Shown here: piece after piece, positions 1-9,366 of the stretch
Layout: the number at the start of each line of letters is the position of its first letter
Position numbering within the stretch: position 1 is the first letter of the stretch
Assembly (NCBI RefSeq): GCF_963676285.2
Contig: NZ_CAXXEN010000002.1
Span: 1,896,803 to 1,960,802, forward strand
DNA length: 64,000 bases
Source: an uncultured Sphaerochaeta sp.
GTDB taxonomy: Bacteria; Spirochaetota; Spirochaetia; Sphaerochaetales; Sphaerochaetaceae
Direction: 5' to 3'
The notes under the pieces: model-generated
Database searches by the model: none
Told to the model about the DNA's origin: nothing
Seen by the model: only the letters and a program-made list of their open reading frames with translations
Translations under genes and position numbers: made by a program

Positions 1-1
1 A

Positions 2-697
2 GAACCCCATGCTGCTTTCCTCGAGTTGGTGGTTGAGGATCTTGCCCAGCAGGGAATTACCTTGAAGATCCAGGAGTTCACCGACTATGTAACTCCCAAT
101 GAGGCTTTGGAGAGCGGAGAGTTGGATGCAAACTTCTTCCAGCATATCCCCTATCTTGAGTCCTTCAACAAGGAGAAAGGATATCATCTGGCAAATGCAG
201 GTGGCATCCACGTTGAGCCGTTTGCTTTGTACTCAGAGCAGTATGATTCTATTGCCGAGCTCCCAGAAGGTGCAACGATTGCAATTCCAAACGATCCAAC
301 CAACGAAGGTAGGGCGTTGCTGTTGCTCCAGAGTGCCGGTTTGTTGACTCTTGATGCAAATGCTGGTCTTGAAGCAACACCGCTGGATATTGCATCCAAT
401 CCTAAGGGTTTCTCTTTCCGCGAGATCGAGGCTGCAAGTCTTCCTCGTGTACTCTCTGATGTCGATGCTGCTATTATCAATGGCAACTACGCCATTCCCG
501 CTGGTTTGATCGCAACCCAGGATGGATTGCTTGTCGAAGGTGCAGACAGTCCTTATGTAAATGTCGTTGCCGTCAAGCAAGGACGTGAGAATGACAAGGC
601 TATTGTTGCTTTGGTTGAAGCACTCCGTAGTGAGAAGATTACCTCCTATGTTGCAGAGCGTTATCCCAATGGTGAAGTGGTTCTTGTGACTGAGTAA
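2..697 (+). CDS. metQ: MetQ/NlpA-family ABC transporter substrate-binding protein (5' truncated by window edge)
   Basis: Frame open from base 2. Motifs FTDYVTPNEAL, DANFFQHIPYL, IPNDPTNEGRAL, AIINGNYA, SPYVNVVAV are typical of MetQ/NlpA. Confidence 0.88.
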   Translation, partial: EPHAAFLELVVEDLAQQGITLKIQEFTDYVTPNEALESGELDANFFQHIPYLESFNKEKGYHLANAGGIHVEPFALYSEQYDSIAELPEGATIAIPNDPTNEGRALLLLQSAGLLTLDANAGLEATPLDIASNPKGFSFREIEAASLPRVLSDVDAAIINGNYAIPAGLIATQDGLLVEGADSPYVNVVAVKQGRENDKAIVALVEALRSEKITSYVAERYPNGEVVLVTE

Positions 698-716
698 CCG
701 TACTGTAATTACTTTC

Positions 717-752
717 AGCCTCCTTGCAATAGTGCTTGGAGGCTTTGTTTTT
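717..752 (+). terminator. Rho-independent terminator after metQ
   Basis: AGCCTCC...GGAGGCT stem followed by TTGTTTTT. Confidence 0.75.
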
Positions 753-827
753 GTATTTATATGCAAAAAAATTCGAAAATATGAATAATAATACAGCTAA
801 ACTTGACATATATTGTATAAATATGTA
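752..827 (+). promoter_or_regulatory. Three ARG-box-like ArgR operators upstream of argF
   Basis: TGTAT-TTAT-ATGCA (752-765), TGAAT-AATA-ATACA (782-795), TGTAT-AAAT-ATGTA (814-827); fit TGNAT-W4-ATNCA. Confidence 0.7.
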
Positions 828-831
828 CGAT
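803..831 (+). promoter_or_regulatory. Sigma70-type promoter of argF
   Basis: TTGACA (803-808), 17 bp, TACGAT (826-831). Confidence 0.7.
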
Positions 832-857
832 GCCTACAATGAGAACGGAGGCTGATA

Positions 858-1868
858 ATGACATCAATGAAAGGACGCAGTTTTTTGACCCTCAAGGACT
901 ATACAGGACAGGAGATACTTGATCTTCTCCAGCTCTCTGCTGACTTGAAGGCAAAGAAAAAAGGAAACACCTATCCAGAAACATTGCAGGGAAAACTGCT
1001 TACGGGAAAGAATATCGTGCTGATTTTTGACAAGAGTTCCACCCGTACCCGTTGCTCATTTGAAGTCGCTGCTTTTGATGAAGGAGCCTGTGTCACCTTT
1101 CTGACCAACAGCCAGATGGGAAAAAAAGAATCCATCGAGGACACTGCTAAGGTTCTCGGGAGAATGTATGATGGTATTCAGTACCGTGGGTTCTCTCCTA
1201 AGGTAATCAGGGACATTGCCCGCTACAGCAACGTTCCAGTCTGGAATGGGTTGACTGATGATGATCATCCCACCCAGGTGCTGGCGGACGTCCTTACAGC
1301 AATGGAGCATACCCACAAGGCCCCTAAAGACTTGAAATTCGCTTATATCGGGGACGGGAGAAACAATGTCTCCAATGCACTGATGATCGGCGCCGCAAAA
1401 CTGGGGATGGAGTATCGTATTGCTGCACCAAAAGAGCTGTTCCCATCCCAACAGTTGCTTGATGAGTTGGCTCCTGCTGCCAAGGAGAGTGGTGCCAAGT
1501 TGTGGGCTACCACTGACCCAGTTGAGGCTGTACAGGGTGTTGATGTGATCTACACCGATGTGTGGGTCTCCATGGGGGAGGAAGACCAGACCGCGTCAAG
1601 AATTTCCTTGCTGAAAGACTATCAGGTGACAATGGATCTCCTGAAAGCCTCCGGGAACAAGCAGGTGCTCTTTGAACACTGTCTCCCTTCGTTCCATGAT
1701 CTCAATACCAGTGTTGCACAGCAGATTCACGAACAATTCGGCCTAACGGAATTGGAAGTAACTGATGAGGTGTTCAGGAGCAATCATTCAGTTGTGTTTG
1801 ACGAGGCGGAAAACCGCATGCACACCATCAAGGCTGTAATGGTGGCCACTCTTGCAGAACTAAGCTAG
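858..1868 (+). CDS. argF: Ornithine carbamoyltransferase
   Basis: [10 protein letters not shown] carbamoyl-phosphate motif, [22 protein letters not shown]; SD GGAGG upstream. Confidence 0.95.
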   Translation: MTSMKGRSFLTLKDYTGQEILDLLQLSADLKAKKKGNTYPETLQGKLLTGKNIVLIFDKSSTRTRCSFEVAAFDEGACVTFLTNSQMGKKESIEDTAKVLGRMYDGIQYRGFSPKVIRDIARYSNVPVWNGLTDDDHPTQVLADVLTAMEHTHKAPKDLKFAYIGDGRNNVSNALMIGAAKLGMEYRIAAPKELFPSQQLLDELAPAAKESGAKLWATTDPVEAVQGVDVIYTDVWVSMGEEDQTASRISLLKDYQVTMDLLKASGNKQVLFEHCLPSFHDLNTSVAQQIHEQFGLTELEVTDEVFRSNHSVVFDEAENRMHTIKAVMVATLAELS

Positions 1869-1892
1869 CAAGGTTTTATATAACCACACATG

Positions 1893-1931
1893 GCAGTGTT
1901 TCCTTTTAGGGGAAATACTGCTTTTCTTTTT
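1893..1931 (+). terminator. Rho-independent terminator after argF
   Basis: GCAGTGTTTCC...GGAAATACTGC stem followed by TTTTCTTTTT. Confidence 0.8.
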
Positions 1932-2148
1932 GCCGTTTGGGCAAATCTACCCCAAAAAAGTGAGTCATTATTGCTAGGAGTGTGTCAAAACGAAACAAAA
2001 AAGGATTGAATTACGTAAGGAAAGGGGCGAGTTGATTCAGATTCACATCCTCAAAAGGTTTCTCATGTACACTATCAGTTCTTGAATAAATCATGTAAAT
2101 TGATATAAAGCAATATAATACATTCAATATGGGAGAGTTGATAATAAG

Positions 2149-2166
2149 TTGGCACACTTTCTGCAA
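2149..2166 (+). promoter_or_regulatory. Putative sigma-54 (-24/-12) promoter of hsp20
   Basis: TTGGCACACTTTCTGCAA: GG(2151-52)-N10-GC(2163-64), near match to TGGCAC-N5-TTGC. Confidence 0.6.
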
Positions 2167-2226
2167 TATTATATATGAATCCCGAAAGGGAGTGATGAAA
2201 CACATTACAGAACACGGAGGTGTACT

Positions 2227-2655
2227 ATGAAATACTTAACTACAAGAAGAAACTATGATTCACCGGTAGTCTCAGCATTTGATTCTCTGTTCAATGACAT
2301 GCTTGGCGATTGGGGCATGTATTCCTCAAAGTTTCCGGCTGTGGATATCACGGAGAACGATGATGCCTACATCCTGGAAGCAGAACTCCCTGGGTACAAG
2401 CAGAAGGAAGTGAAGGTCAACATTGAGAAGCATGTCCTGAAACTGAGCTCTGCCAAGGAGACCAAGAAGGAGGAGAAGGACAAAAAGCGCCTTGTCTCTG
2501 AACGTTGCTACCAGTGCTTTGAGCGATCGTTCTCCTTGCCTGAAGATGTAGATGAGGAGAAAATTGCAGGTGAGTTTGCCGACGGTATTCTTACATTGAC
2601 ACTTCCAAAGAAGGAAGTAGCAAAACCCAAGGCAATCGAAGTAAAAATCAAATAG
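2227..2655 (+). CDS. Hsp20/alpha-crystallin small heat shock protein
   Basis: PAVDITE..AYILEAELPG, FERSFSLPEDVD..I.GEF.DGILTLTLPK; SD GGAGG. Confidence 0.95.
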   Translation: MKYLTTRRNYDSPVVSAFDSLFNDMLGDWGMYSSKFPAVDITENDDAYILEAELPGYKQKEVKVNIEKHVLKLSSAKETKKEEKDKKRLVSERCYQCFERSFSLPEDVDEEKIAGEFADGILTLTLPKKEVAKPKAIEVKIK

Positions 2656-2676
2656 GGAATAGACAACCATCCTGTA

Positions 2677-2712
2677 CATGCAAGGCCCCGCGAGAAGCGG
2701 GGCTTCTGCATG
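2677..2712. terminator. Hairpin between convergent hsp20 and M20 peptidase (likely shared terminator)
   Basis: GCCCCGC-GAGAA-GCGGGGC stem extended by CATGCA/TGCATG; U-tract weak. Confidence 0.55.
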
Positions 2713-2713
2713 T

Positions 2714-4153
2714 CTACCAGTAGGTGATCAGCTGAGTATAGAACTGTTTGGCGAGTGAGATGTTCTCTAGGCTGATCCGCTCATCAGGAGCATGCATCCG
2801 GTCAACTTCGCTACGGTCCATCCGGGCTGGAGTGAAACGGTAGATATAATCACTGAGATTCTGGTATTTTCTTGCATCGGTGGCTCCCATCATGAGGTAT
2901 GGGGTAACAATGGAATCTGGAAACGTCATCTTGATGGTTTCAGAAAGATAACTGTAAGCCTCACCATCAGTCTTGCTGATATGGGAAGGGGGAGTGCAAT
3001 GCATGGGCTTTGCCCTGACAGAATCAGAGGCAATTGTTTTGGTGACCCAGGAGAGAATAGATTCCTGAGTATCTCCTGGGAGCAAACGACAGTTCACGAT
3101 TGCTGTGGCTTTCTTTGCAATCACATTGCTTTTATCGCTTGCTGAGATGACTGTGGGAACTATTGTGCTTCTGATGGCAGCGTTGAGCGTAGCTTGCTTG
3201 GAGAAAACAAACTTCAAGAGACCTGCTGTCAGCCAAAGATTGAGAAAGAGCATGCTGTATGCGAATGGGCCCTCCTTACCTAGATTTGTGAGCATCTGTT
3301 TCACAGGAGGCGTTAATTTTGCAGGCATTTGCTTGTTTTCCAATTTGTGAATAGCCTGGGAGAGTGTTCCCAAAGCAGTGGGAAAAGCAGGGGTGGAGGA
3401 GTGTCCTGCTGTTCTCTCAACCGTGAGCTCTAGATCGAGATATCCTTTTTCTGCAACCCCTACTACCGCAATGCTTTGCTCGAAACCTTTGATGTACTTT
3501 TGGCTAACCACACCACCCTCATCCAATACAAAGCTGAAATGGAGTGCTTGTTCTTGAAAATAGCGAGCAATACGAACAGCTCCCTCTTTGCTGCTGTTGC
3601 TCTCCTCATCACATCCAAAGGCTACATACCAAGTATGCTTGGGGTGTTTTTCTGTTTTGAGTATGTGCTCAAACGCTGATAAGATACTGATTACCTGCAG
3701 TTTGCAGTCAAAGCTACCTCGTCCATAAAGAAAGCCCTCTTCTATTACTCCATCAAATGGAGGATGGGTCCACTCTTGCTCGTTGGCTCCTACCACATCC
3801 AGATGGGCGGTAAGGAGAGCTGGTTCCCGGCTTTTATCCTCACCGGTGAAACAGTAGACCAGGTTATAGGGACCAATAGCCTTATCGGTTATTCTGTGTT
3901 TGTTGCACAGGGGGAAAGAGGTTTCGAGAAGTGCAAGCAAACGAGAGAACTCATTCCAGTCGGTCAGGTTGGGATCTGCATGTGAGACAGACCTACACAT
4001 TACTGCTTCGGCGAGAATGGTTTCCTCTTCAATGCCTGTTTGTGATGCAGTGTGAGTTGCTGTACGTTTGGTATATGTTCGCATAGCGATAGTCCTGAAC
4101 ACCACTACGGCAAGGATCACCAGGAGGAAAATCGGGAAGAAAAGGAAAAGCAT
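2714..4153 (-). CDS. M20/M25/M40-family metallopeptidase with N-terminal membrane anchor (carboxypeptidase S-like)
   Basis: LTAHLDVV, GRGSFDCK, CDEES, GHSSTP, MHAPDERI metal-ligand motifs; ATG 4153 has GGAG SD (ORF track starts 4168). Confidence 0.88.
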   Translation of the reverse strand: MLFLFFPIFLLVILAVVVFRTIAMRTYTKRTATHTASQTGIEEETILAEAVMCRSVSHADPNLTDWNEFSRLLALLETSFPLCNKHRITDKAIGPYNLVYCFTGEDKSREPALLTAHLDVVGANEQEWTHPPFDGVIEEGFLYGRGSFDCKLQVISILSAFEHILKTEKHPKHTWYVAFGCDEESNSSKEGAVRIARYFQEQALHFSFVLDEGGVVSQKYIKGFEQSIAVVGVAEKGYLDLELTVERTAGHSSTPAFPTALGTLSQAIHKLENKQMPAKLTPPVKQMLTNLGKEGPFAYSMLFLNLWLTAGLLKFVFSKQATLNAAIRSTIVPTVISASDKSNVIAKKATAIVNCRLLPGDTQESILSWVTKTIASDSVRAKPMHCTPPSHISKTDGEAYSYLSETIKMTFPDSIVTPYLMMGATDARKYQNLSDYIYRFTPARMDRSEVDRMHAPDERISLENISLAKQFYTQLITYW

Positions 4154-4248
4154 ATTGAAACTCCACATGAATTCTAGTGTTTTTTACAGTATAGTGGTAT
4201 ATTGTATTTCAACAAGAAATTTCTACCAATAGTAGGAGAGTGGGACGC

Positions 4249-4842
4249 ATGCCGAAAAAGATCGATCATGAAGAGAGAAAGGAGAAAATTCTACAAACTG
4301 CACTGAAAGTCTTTGCAAGAGAAGGCTATCGTGATTCCAACCTCTCTCTGATAGCCACAGAGTGTGGCATTTCCCGTCCTACCATCTATCAATATTTCAA
4401 GGACAAGGAAGAGATCTACTACTATGCGGTGAAGTTGGTAACAGGAAGAATGTTCAACAAGTATGCTGCCTATGCCTGGTCGACCAATCAGGACTTGGTA
4501 AGCAGGATTACCACCATCTGCCTGGATATCATGCAGACAGCAAGTGAGCATGAAGGCGAGTTGACCAGTCTGGTAGATGTCATGTTGCAGATGAAGAAGG
4601 AAGGCCGGGATTTCAATGAGATCATCCTCAGGCGAACGGCCAAGCTCACCATCCTCTTCAAACGTCTCCTTCGTATGGGAGTGAAGACGGGCGATATTGT
4701 TGATTGTGATGTGAACAAGGTTGCAGATCATCTTCTTATGTTGCTTGAATCATCCTGCTTCCAGGTTGCATTCCTTGATACCTTCGATATGCGGCTTTCC
4801 AAGCAGCTGATCAGCACCTATCTGGATTTCTACAGGGCCTAG
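4249..4842 (+). CDS. TetR/AcrR-family transcriptional regulator
   Basis: N-terminal HTH ILQTALKVFAREGY..SNLSLIATECGISRPTIYQYFKDKEEI; start 4240 (GTG) or 4249 (ATG). Confidence 0.9.
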   Translation: MPKKIDHEERKEKILQTALKVFAREGYRDSNLSLIATECGISRPTIYQYFKDKEEIYYYAVKLVTGRMFNKYAAYAWSTNQDLVSRITTICLDIMQTASEHEGELTSLVDVMLQMKKEGRDFNEIILRRTAKLTILFKRLLRMGVKTGDIVDCDVNKVADHLLMLLESSCFQVAFLDTFDMRLSKQLISTYLDFYRA

Positions 4843-4936
4843 CCGATACCCGGATTCCTCACTATATTTATGTATGTACAGGAGAAGACCCGCAGGGATG
4901 GGTCGGTTGCTTCATACCCAAAGGTGAGGAGTATCC

Positions 4937-7519
4937 ATGAATATAGACAAAATGACAATCAAGCTGCGTCAAGCCATCGGCGATGCCGATATGCTGGCCA
5001 ACGAACATGGCAACGCAGAAATTACTACAGAACATCTCTTGTTGGCTTTGATCAACCAGAAAGAGGGATTGCTTACCCCGCTCTTTGAGCGTCTGGGGGT
5101 TCCCCCTGCCATGGTGAGTGAAAAACTGGGGACACTGGTCAACAAACTTCCCAAGGCATATGGTGGGAATGTACAGCGTTCCTTGTCTGCCCAACTGGGG
5201 AATCAACTCTATGCCGCTGACAAGATTGCTTCTGACTTCAAAGATCAGTACCTGAGCGCAGAACATTTCCTGCTTGCTGTCCTGGAGGATGCTTCAGAGG
5301 CAAGCAAGGCACTCAAGGCCCTTGGTGTAACCAAGGATGCTCTTATGCAGGCATTGCAGACGATCAGAGGAAACCAGACAATTCAGAGCGAAGATCCAGA
5401 GAGTAGATACCAGGCACTGGAGAAGTACTGCAAGGACATGACCACCCTTGCCCGACAGGGAAAACTTGATCCCGTCATCGGACGAGATGAGGAGATTCGA
5501 CGGGTAATGCAGGTGCTTTCCAGAAGAACCAAGAACAATCCCGTATTGATCGGAGAGCCCGGGGTAGGAAAGACTGCCATTGTAGAAGGGCTTGCCTTGC
5601 GTATTGCTTCGGAGGATGTCCCAGAGTCATTGAAGAACAAACAAATTCTGAGTTTGGACCTTGGTGCCTTGGTAGCAGGTGCAAAGTTCAGGGGAGAGTT
5701 TGAGGAACGGCTGAAGGCAGTGGTGAAGGAAGTAACGGCCAGTGAAGGCAGGATCATTCTGTTCATCGACGAGCTGCATACCATTGTTGGGGCAGGGGCA
5801 AGTGAAGGTTCGACCGATGCTTCAAACCTGATCAAGCCAGCACTTGCCAGGGGAGAGTTGCATGCCATTGGTGCGACTACCCTTGATGAATACCGAAAGT
5901 ATATTGAACCTGACAAGGCATTGGAACGGCGATTCCAGCCGGTGTTCACCAAGGAGCCTTCGGTGGAGTCGACTATCGCCATTCTCAGGGGGCTGAAAGA
6001 ACGGTACGAGGTTCATCATGGAGTACGGATCAAAGATGAGGCCCTTGTTGCAGCAGCCAATCTAAGCAATCGGTATATTACCAATCGCTTCCTTCCAGAC
6101 AAGGCGATCGACTTGGTCGATGAGGCGGCCAGCCAGCTCAAGATGGAAATTGAAAGCCAGCCGGAAGAGTTGGACCAGATAGAGCGAAAGATCCTACAAC
6201 TCAATATTGAGAAGCAGGCACTTTCCAGAGAGACCGACAAAGCCAGTAAAGAGCGATTGGGTAAACTCGAGCGTGAGTTGAGTGAATTGCAGGGAACGCG
6301 TGATGCCATGCATCTGCAGTGGGGCAATGAACGTAATTCCATTGCAAAACTCAGGGAGACAAAGGCAAAGCTTGAGCAGCTGAAAACGGAAGAGCAACGT
6401 GCGGAAAGAGAGGGCGATTTAGCCAAGGCTGCCCAGATCAAGCATGGAGAAATCCCTGAGTTGCTCAAACAAATCGAAGGTATGACCGAGCAACTTGCCT
6501 CTGTGCAAGTTGAAGGAAAGCAGATGCTCCGCGAGGAAGTCAGTGAGGATGACATTGCACGTATTGTCAGTAACTGGACAGGGGTTCCTGTGGCCAAGAT
6601 GAAGGAAAGTGAGCTTCATAAGTATCTGAATCTTGAACAGGCTCTCTCAGAGCAAGTTATCGGGCAGAAGCAAGCAATTGAAGCAGTGAGCAATGCAATC
6701 CGCCGAAACAAGGCAGGAATTGGGGATGAGAGAAAACCCTTGGGAACCTTCCTGTTTGCCGGTCCTACCGGGGTTGGAAAGACCTTGCTTGCCAAGGTGC
6801 TGGCACAGCTCCTCTTTGATGATGAGAAAGCCTTGACCCGTATCGATATGAGCGAGTATATGGAGAAATTCTCTGTCAGTAGATTGATCGGAGCTCCTCC
6901 GGGGTATGTAGGGTATGACCAGGGAGGACAACTTACCGAGGTTGTACGCCGGCGTCCCTACTCAGTGATTCTTTTCGATGAGATTGAGAAGGCCCACCCT
7001 GATGTTTTCAACGTGTTGTTGCAATTGTTGGATGATGGCAGGTTGACCGATGGTCAGGGACGGGTGGTCGACTTCACCAATACCGTGATCATCATGACCA
7101 GCAACCTAGGGAGTCAGCAGTTGCTTGCCGCTGAGACGCATGAGGATGGTGCTCGACTCGTTGGTGAGATAATCCACCAGTCCTTCAAACCGGAGTTCAT
7201 CAACCGTTTGGATGAGATTATTATTTTCGAACGGCTAGGAGAAGCACAGATCCGGAAGATCGTGGTTTTGCAGCTGGAACAGCTTCGTCAACGATTGGAG
7301 AAACGTGGTTTCTTCCTGACATGGGAGGATGATGTGCTCTCATTGCTCTATAAGGAAGGGTATGATCCAGTCTTTGGGGCTCGTCCAATCCGCCGTGCTG
7401 TTCAGCGACTTGTGGAGAACCCCTTGTCTGTACAACTGCTCTCTGGTGATTTCGGCCCTGGGTCGAAAATTTTGCTTACCCTAGAGGGGGAAGAGGTGGT
7501 TGCCCGGAAGATTGACTAG
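4937..7519 (+). CDS. clpB: ATP-dependent disaggregase ClpB
   Basis: Two AAA+ domains ([16 protein letters not shown]), coiled-coil M domain, [17 protein letters not shown]; 860 aa. Confidence 0.97.
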   Translation: MNIDKMTIKLRQAIGDADMLANEHGNAEITTEHLLLALINQKEGLLTPLFERLGVPPAMVSEKLGTLVNKLPKAYGGNVQRSLSAQLGNQLYAADKIASDFKDQYLSAEHFLLAVLEDASEASKALKALGVTKDALMQALQTIRGNQTIQSEDPESRYQALEKYCKDMTTLARQGKLDPVIGRDEEIRRVMQVLSRRTKNNPVLIGEPGVGKTAIVEGLALRIASEDVPESLKNKQILSLDLGALVAGAKFRGEFEERLKAVVKEVTASEGRIILFIDELHTIVGAGASEGSTDASNLIKPALARGELHAIGATTLDEYRKYIEPDKALERRFQPVFTKEPSVESTIAILRGLKERYEVHHGVRIKDEALVAAANLSNRYITNRFLPDKAIDLVDEAASQLKMEIESQPEELDQIERKILQLNIEKQALSRETDKASKERLGKLERELSELQGTRDAMHLQWGNERNSIAKLRETKAKLEQLKTEEQRAEREGDLAKAAQIKHGEIPELLKQIEGMTEQLASVQVEGKQMLREEVSEDDIARIVSNWTGVPVAKMKESELHKYLNLEQALSEQVIGQKQAIEAVSNAIRRNKAGIGDERKPLGTFLFAGPTGVGKTLLAKVLAQLLFDDEKALTRIDMSEYMEKFSVSRLIGAPPGYVGYDQGGQLTEVVRRRPYSVILFDEIEKAHPDVFNVLLQLLDDGRLTDGQGRVVDFTNTVIIMTSNLGSQQLLAAETHEDGARLVGEIIHQSFKPEFINRLDEIIIFERLGEAQIRKIVVLQLEQLRQRLEKRGFFLTWEDDVLSLLYKEGYDPVFGARPIRRAVQRLVENPLSVQLLSGDFGPGSKILLTLEGEEVVARKID

Positions 7520-8081
7520 ATTCAACCAGATGTTGGTATGCATCGAGTGTGTCGATGTCGGTGACATACGCCTCATCGGCAACCTCGATTGCTTGGACAG
7601 GATAGGCCTGTAGCAGCCCACGCATGGTAAAAGAGCTTTTTTGTGACCTGATAATTGCAAGAAAGCTTGCCTCCAGCAAAACCGGATGACCGAGTCTTCC
7701 TTTGTATGAGGGTCTGGAGACAGGAGCGGAAGTCTGTTCAATCAGATAGAGGTAGTGTCTACTCTCGATAAGGGGCATATCGGCAAGTGAGATAAAAAAC
7801 GGCGAATCATGACCAAGGTAAGAGGCTCCACATATTGTGGAGCTTCCTTGTCCTTTACGGTAATGTTCATTGTGAACAATCTGTAGCTGGGGGCAGGCAA
7901 GATGCGCAACGGCCTGTTTTACTTGATCTGCCTTGAATCCTGTGACCACTACAGTTCTGAGCCCTGCCATCAGCGACTGCTGTACTGCATGTGCAACAAT
8001 GGTGGTACCCTTGTAGGGCAACAGAAGTTTTTTCCCTTTGCTTCGTATCCCGAGGCCTGCGGCCAGAATAAGATTCTGCAT
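7476..8081 (-). CDS. NTP-transferase family protein (MocA/MobA-like)
   Basis: ILAAGLG..KGKKLLLP, FISLADMPLI, GHPVLL, DIDTLDAY; 3' end overlaps clpB 3' end by 44 bp. Confidence 0.82.
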   Translation of the reverse strand: MQNLILAAGLGIRSKGKKLLLPYKGTTIVAHAVQQSLMAGLRTVVVTGFKADQVKQAVAHLACPQLQIVHNEHYRKGQGSSTICGASYLGHDSPFFISLADMPLIESRHYLYLIEQTSAPVSRPSYKGRLGHPVLLEASFLAIIRSQKSSFTMRGLLQAYPVQAIEVADEAYVTDIDTLDAYQHLVESSQSSGQPPLPPLG

Positions 8082-8129
8082 GATTCATCCTTGAGAGAGT
8101 TTCGTAATCGTATTATACTCCAAGCCATT

Positions 8130-8858
8130 ATGATTGCCACCTACTTTAATGCCTTGATGGTTGTTCTTGGCTCCTTTATTGGATTATTTCTGAAACACCG
8201 GCTGAAAGCCTCCTATCAGGAGGTTGTTTTCACCTCCTCAGGACTGATTACCTTGGTCATTGGGTTTTCCATGGCAATGCAGACAGGCTCCTATTTGATC
8301 TTGCTCTTCTCTGTAGTCATTGGTGGCTTCATAGGATATGCCCTCAAGATTGAGGACGGTGTGATGTCCTTTGGGTCATGGATGGAAAGGAGGCTCAGCA
8401 GAGGTCAGGGTAGCGCAGAGAGCGCACGCAACTTTGCCCTGGGATTCCTTAACGCCTCACTGCTGTTTTGCAGTGGTGCCATGACTGTGGTAGGGGCCAT
8501 TCAAGCAGGAACTGTCGGAGACTATCAGTTGATTCTGTTAAAGTCCATCATGGATGGATGTATGGCAATCATATTCAGTGCTGCCTATGGTATAGGTGTC
8601 ATGGCAAGTGCACTCTTCATTCTTCTGTATCAAGGCTTTTTTACGTTGGCAGGGGGGTGGATAGCCCCAATACTTGGGGATGCAGGCATCAATGAGCTGG
8701 CATCAGTTGGTGGTGTATTGTTGATGATGATTGGTTTTGGTCTGCTGGATATCAGAAAAACCAAGACTGGGAATTTTCTGCCTGCGATGGTTATTGCACC
8801 TTTGCTGACACTCCTTGCCCCAACGTTCAAGAGTCTTTTTTCAGGGTTTGGTTTGTAG
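8130..8858 (+). CDS. DUF554-family membrane protein
   Basis: MIATYFNALMVVLGSFIG, SLLFCSGAMTVVGAIQAG, KSIMDG, NFLPAM; multiple TM helices; start moved from ORF-track 7902 to ATG 8130. Confidence 0.85.
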   Translation: MIATYFNALMVVLGSFIGLFLKHRLKASYQEVVFTSSGLITLVIGFSMAMQTGSYLILLFSVVIGGFIGYALKIEDGVMSFGSWMERRLSRGQGSAESARNFALGFLNASLLFCSGAMTVVGAIQAGTVGDYQLILLKSIMDGCMAIIFSAAYGIGVMASALFILLYQGFFTLAGGWIAPILGDAGINELASVGGVLLMMIGFGLLDIRKTKTGNFLPAMVIAPLLTLLAPTFKSLFSGFGL

Positions 8859-9192
8859 GAGTGTGATTCTTGAAGTAGTACAGAATTGATTGGATAACTT
8901 CCAGTTGTTGTTGGTCAAGTTCTTCTATCTGGGCTATGATGAGTTTTTTGTATTGGGCGATATTCTCGGCAGCTTCTTCTCTGTCCATCGATTCCCAATT
9001 ATTTCCATTCTCCAGCCATTCAAGACTTACCCCAGTAAGTTCCGTAATTTTCATTGCGACACGTAATGGGGGACGTCTGTCAGTATGGATCCAGCTTGAG
9101 AGGGTGCTGCGTTTGACATCAAGCATGGTGGAAAGTTCCACCACCGTTGGTGAATTAAGAAGAAGAGTGACTCTGTCCCAGAATGTATCCAT
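8827..9192 (-). CDS. XRE/CI-like helix-turn-helix transcriptional regulator
   Basis: VELSTMLDVKRSTLSSW...PPLRVAMKITELTGVSLEWLENG pattern; no S24 peptidase domain; 121 aa. Confidence 0.75.
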   Translation of the reverse strand: MDTFWDRVTLLLNSPTVVELSTMLDVKRSTLSSWIHTDRRPPLRVAMKITELTGVSLEWLENGNNWESMDREEAAENIAQYKKLIIAQIEELDQQQLEVIQSILYYFKNHTPTNQTLKKDS

Positions 9193-9313
9193 GCTATGAA
9201 TATAGCAGGAAAGTTGTCCAAATGACGATATTTAGTCATATCATTGTAAAAATAAATAATACAAATTTATAATTATATATAGAGTAATCAGTAAAAATAT
9301 GAGAGAAATGATA

Positions 9314-9347
9314 AAAAATCATCATCCATGTAAGATGGATGATGATT
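9314..9347 (-). terminator. Rho-independent terminator after glgP
   Basis: Minus strand AATCATCATCCAT-CTTAC-ATGGATGATGATT followed by T run. Confidence 0.75.
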
Positions 9348-9366
9348 CATCGTCACTTGGTGAATA

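Noticed and set aside
2149-2175. CIRCE element upstream of hsp20
   Set aside because: TTGGCACAC matches the left arm 7/9, but the sequence 9 bp later (TATTATATA) does not resemble GAGTGCTAA
7902-8129. N-terminal extension of the DUF554 ORF
   Set aside because: Overlaps the opposite-strand nucleotidyltransferase; family similarity starts at ATG 8130
8827-9192. Prophage or mobile element around the CI-like gene
   Set aside because: No integrase, att-like repeats, divergent cro or structural genes; flanks are housekeeping
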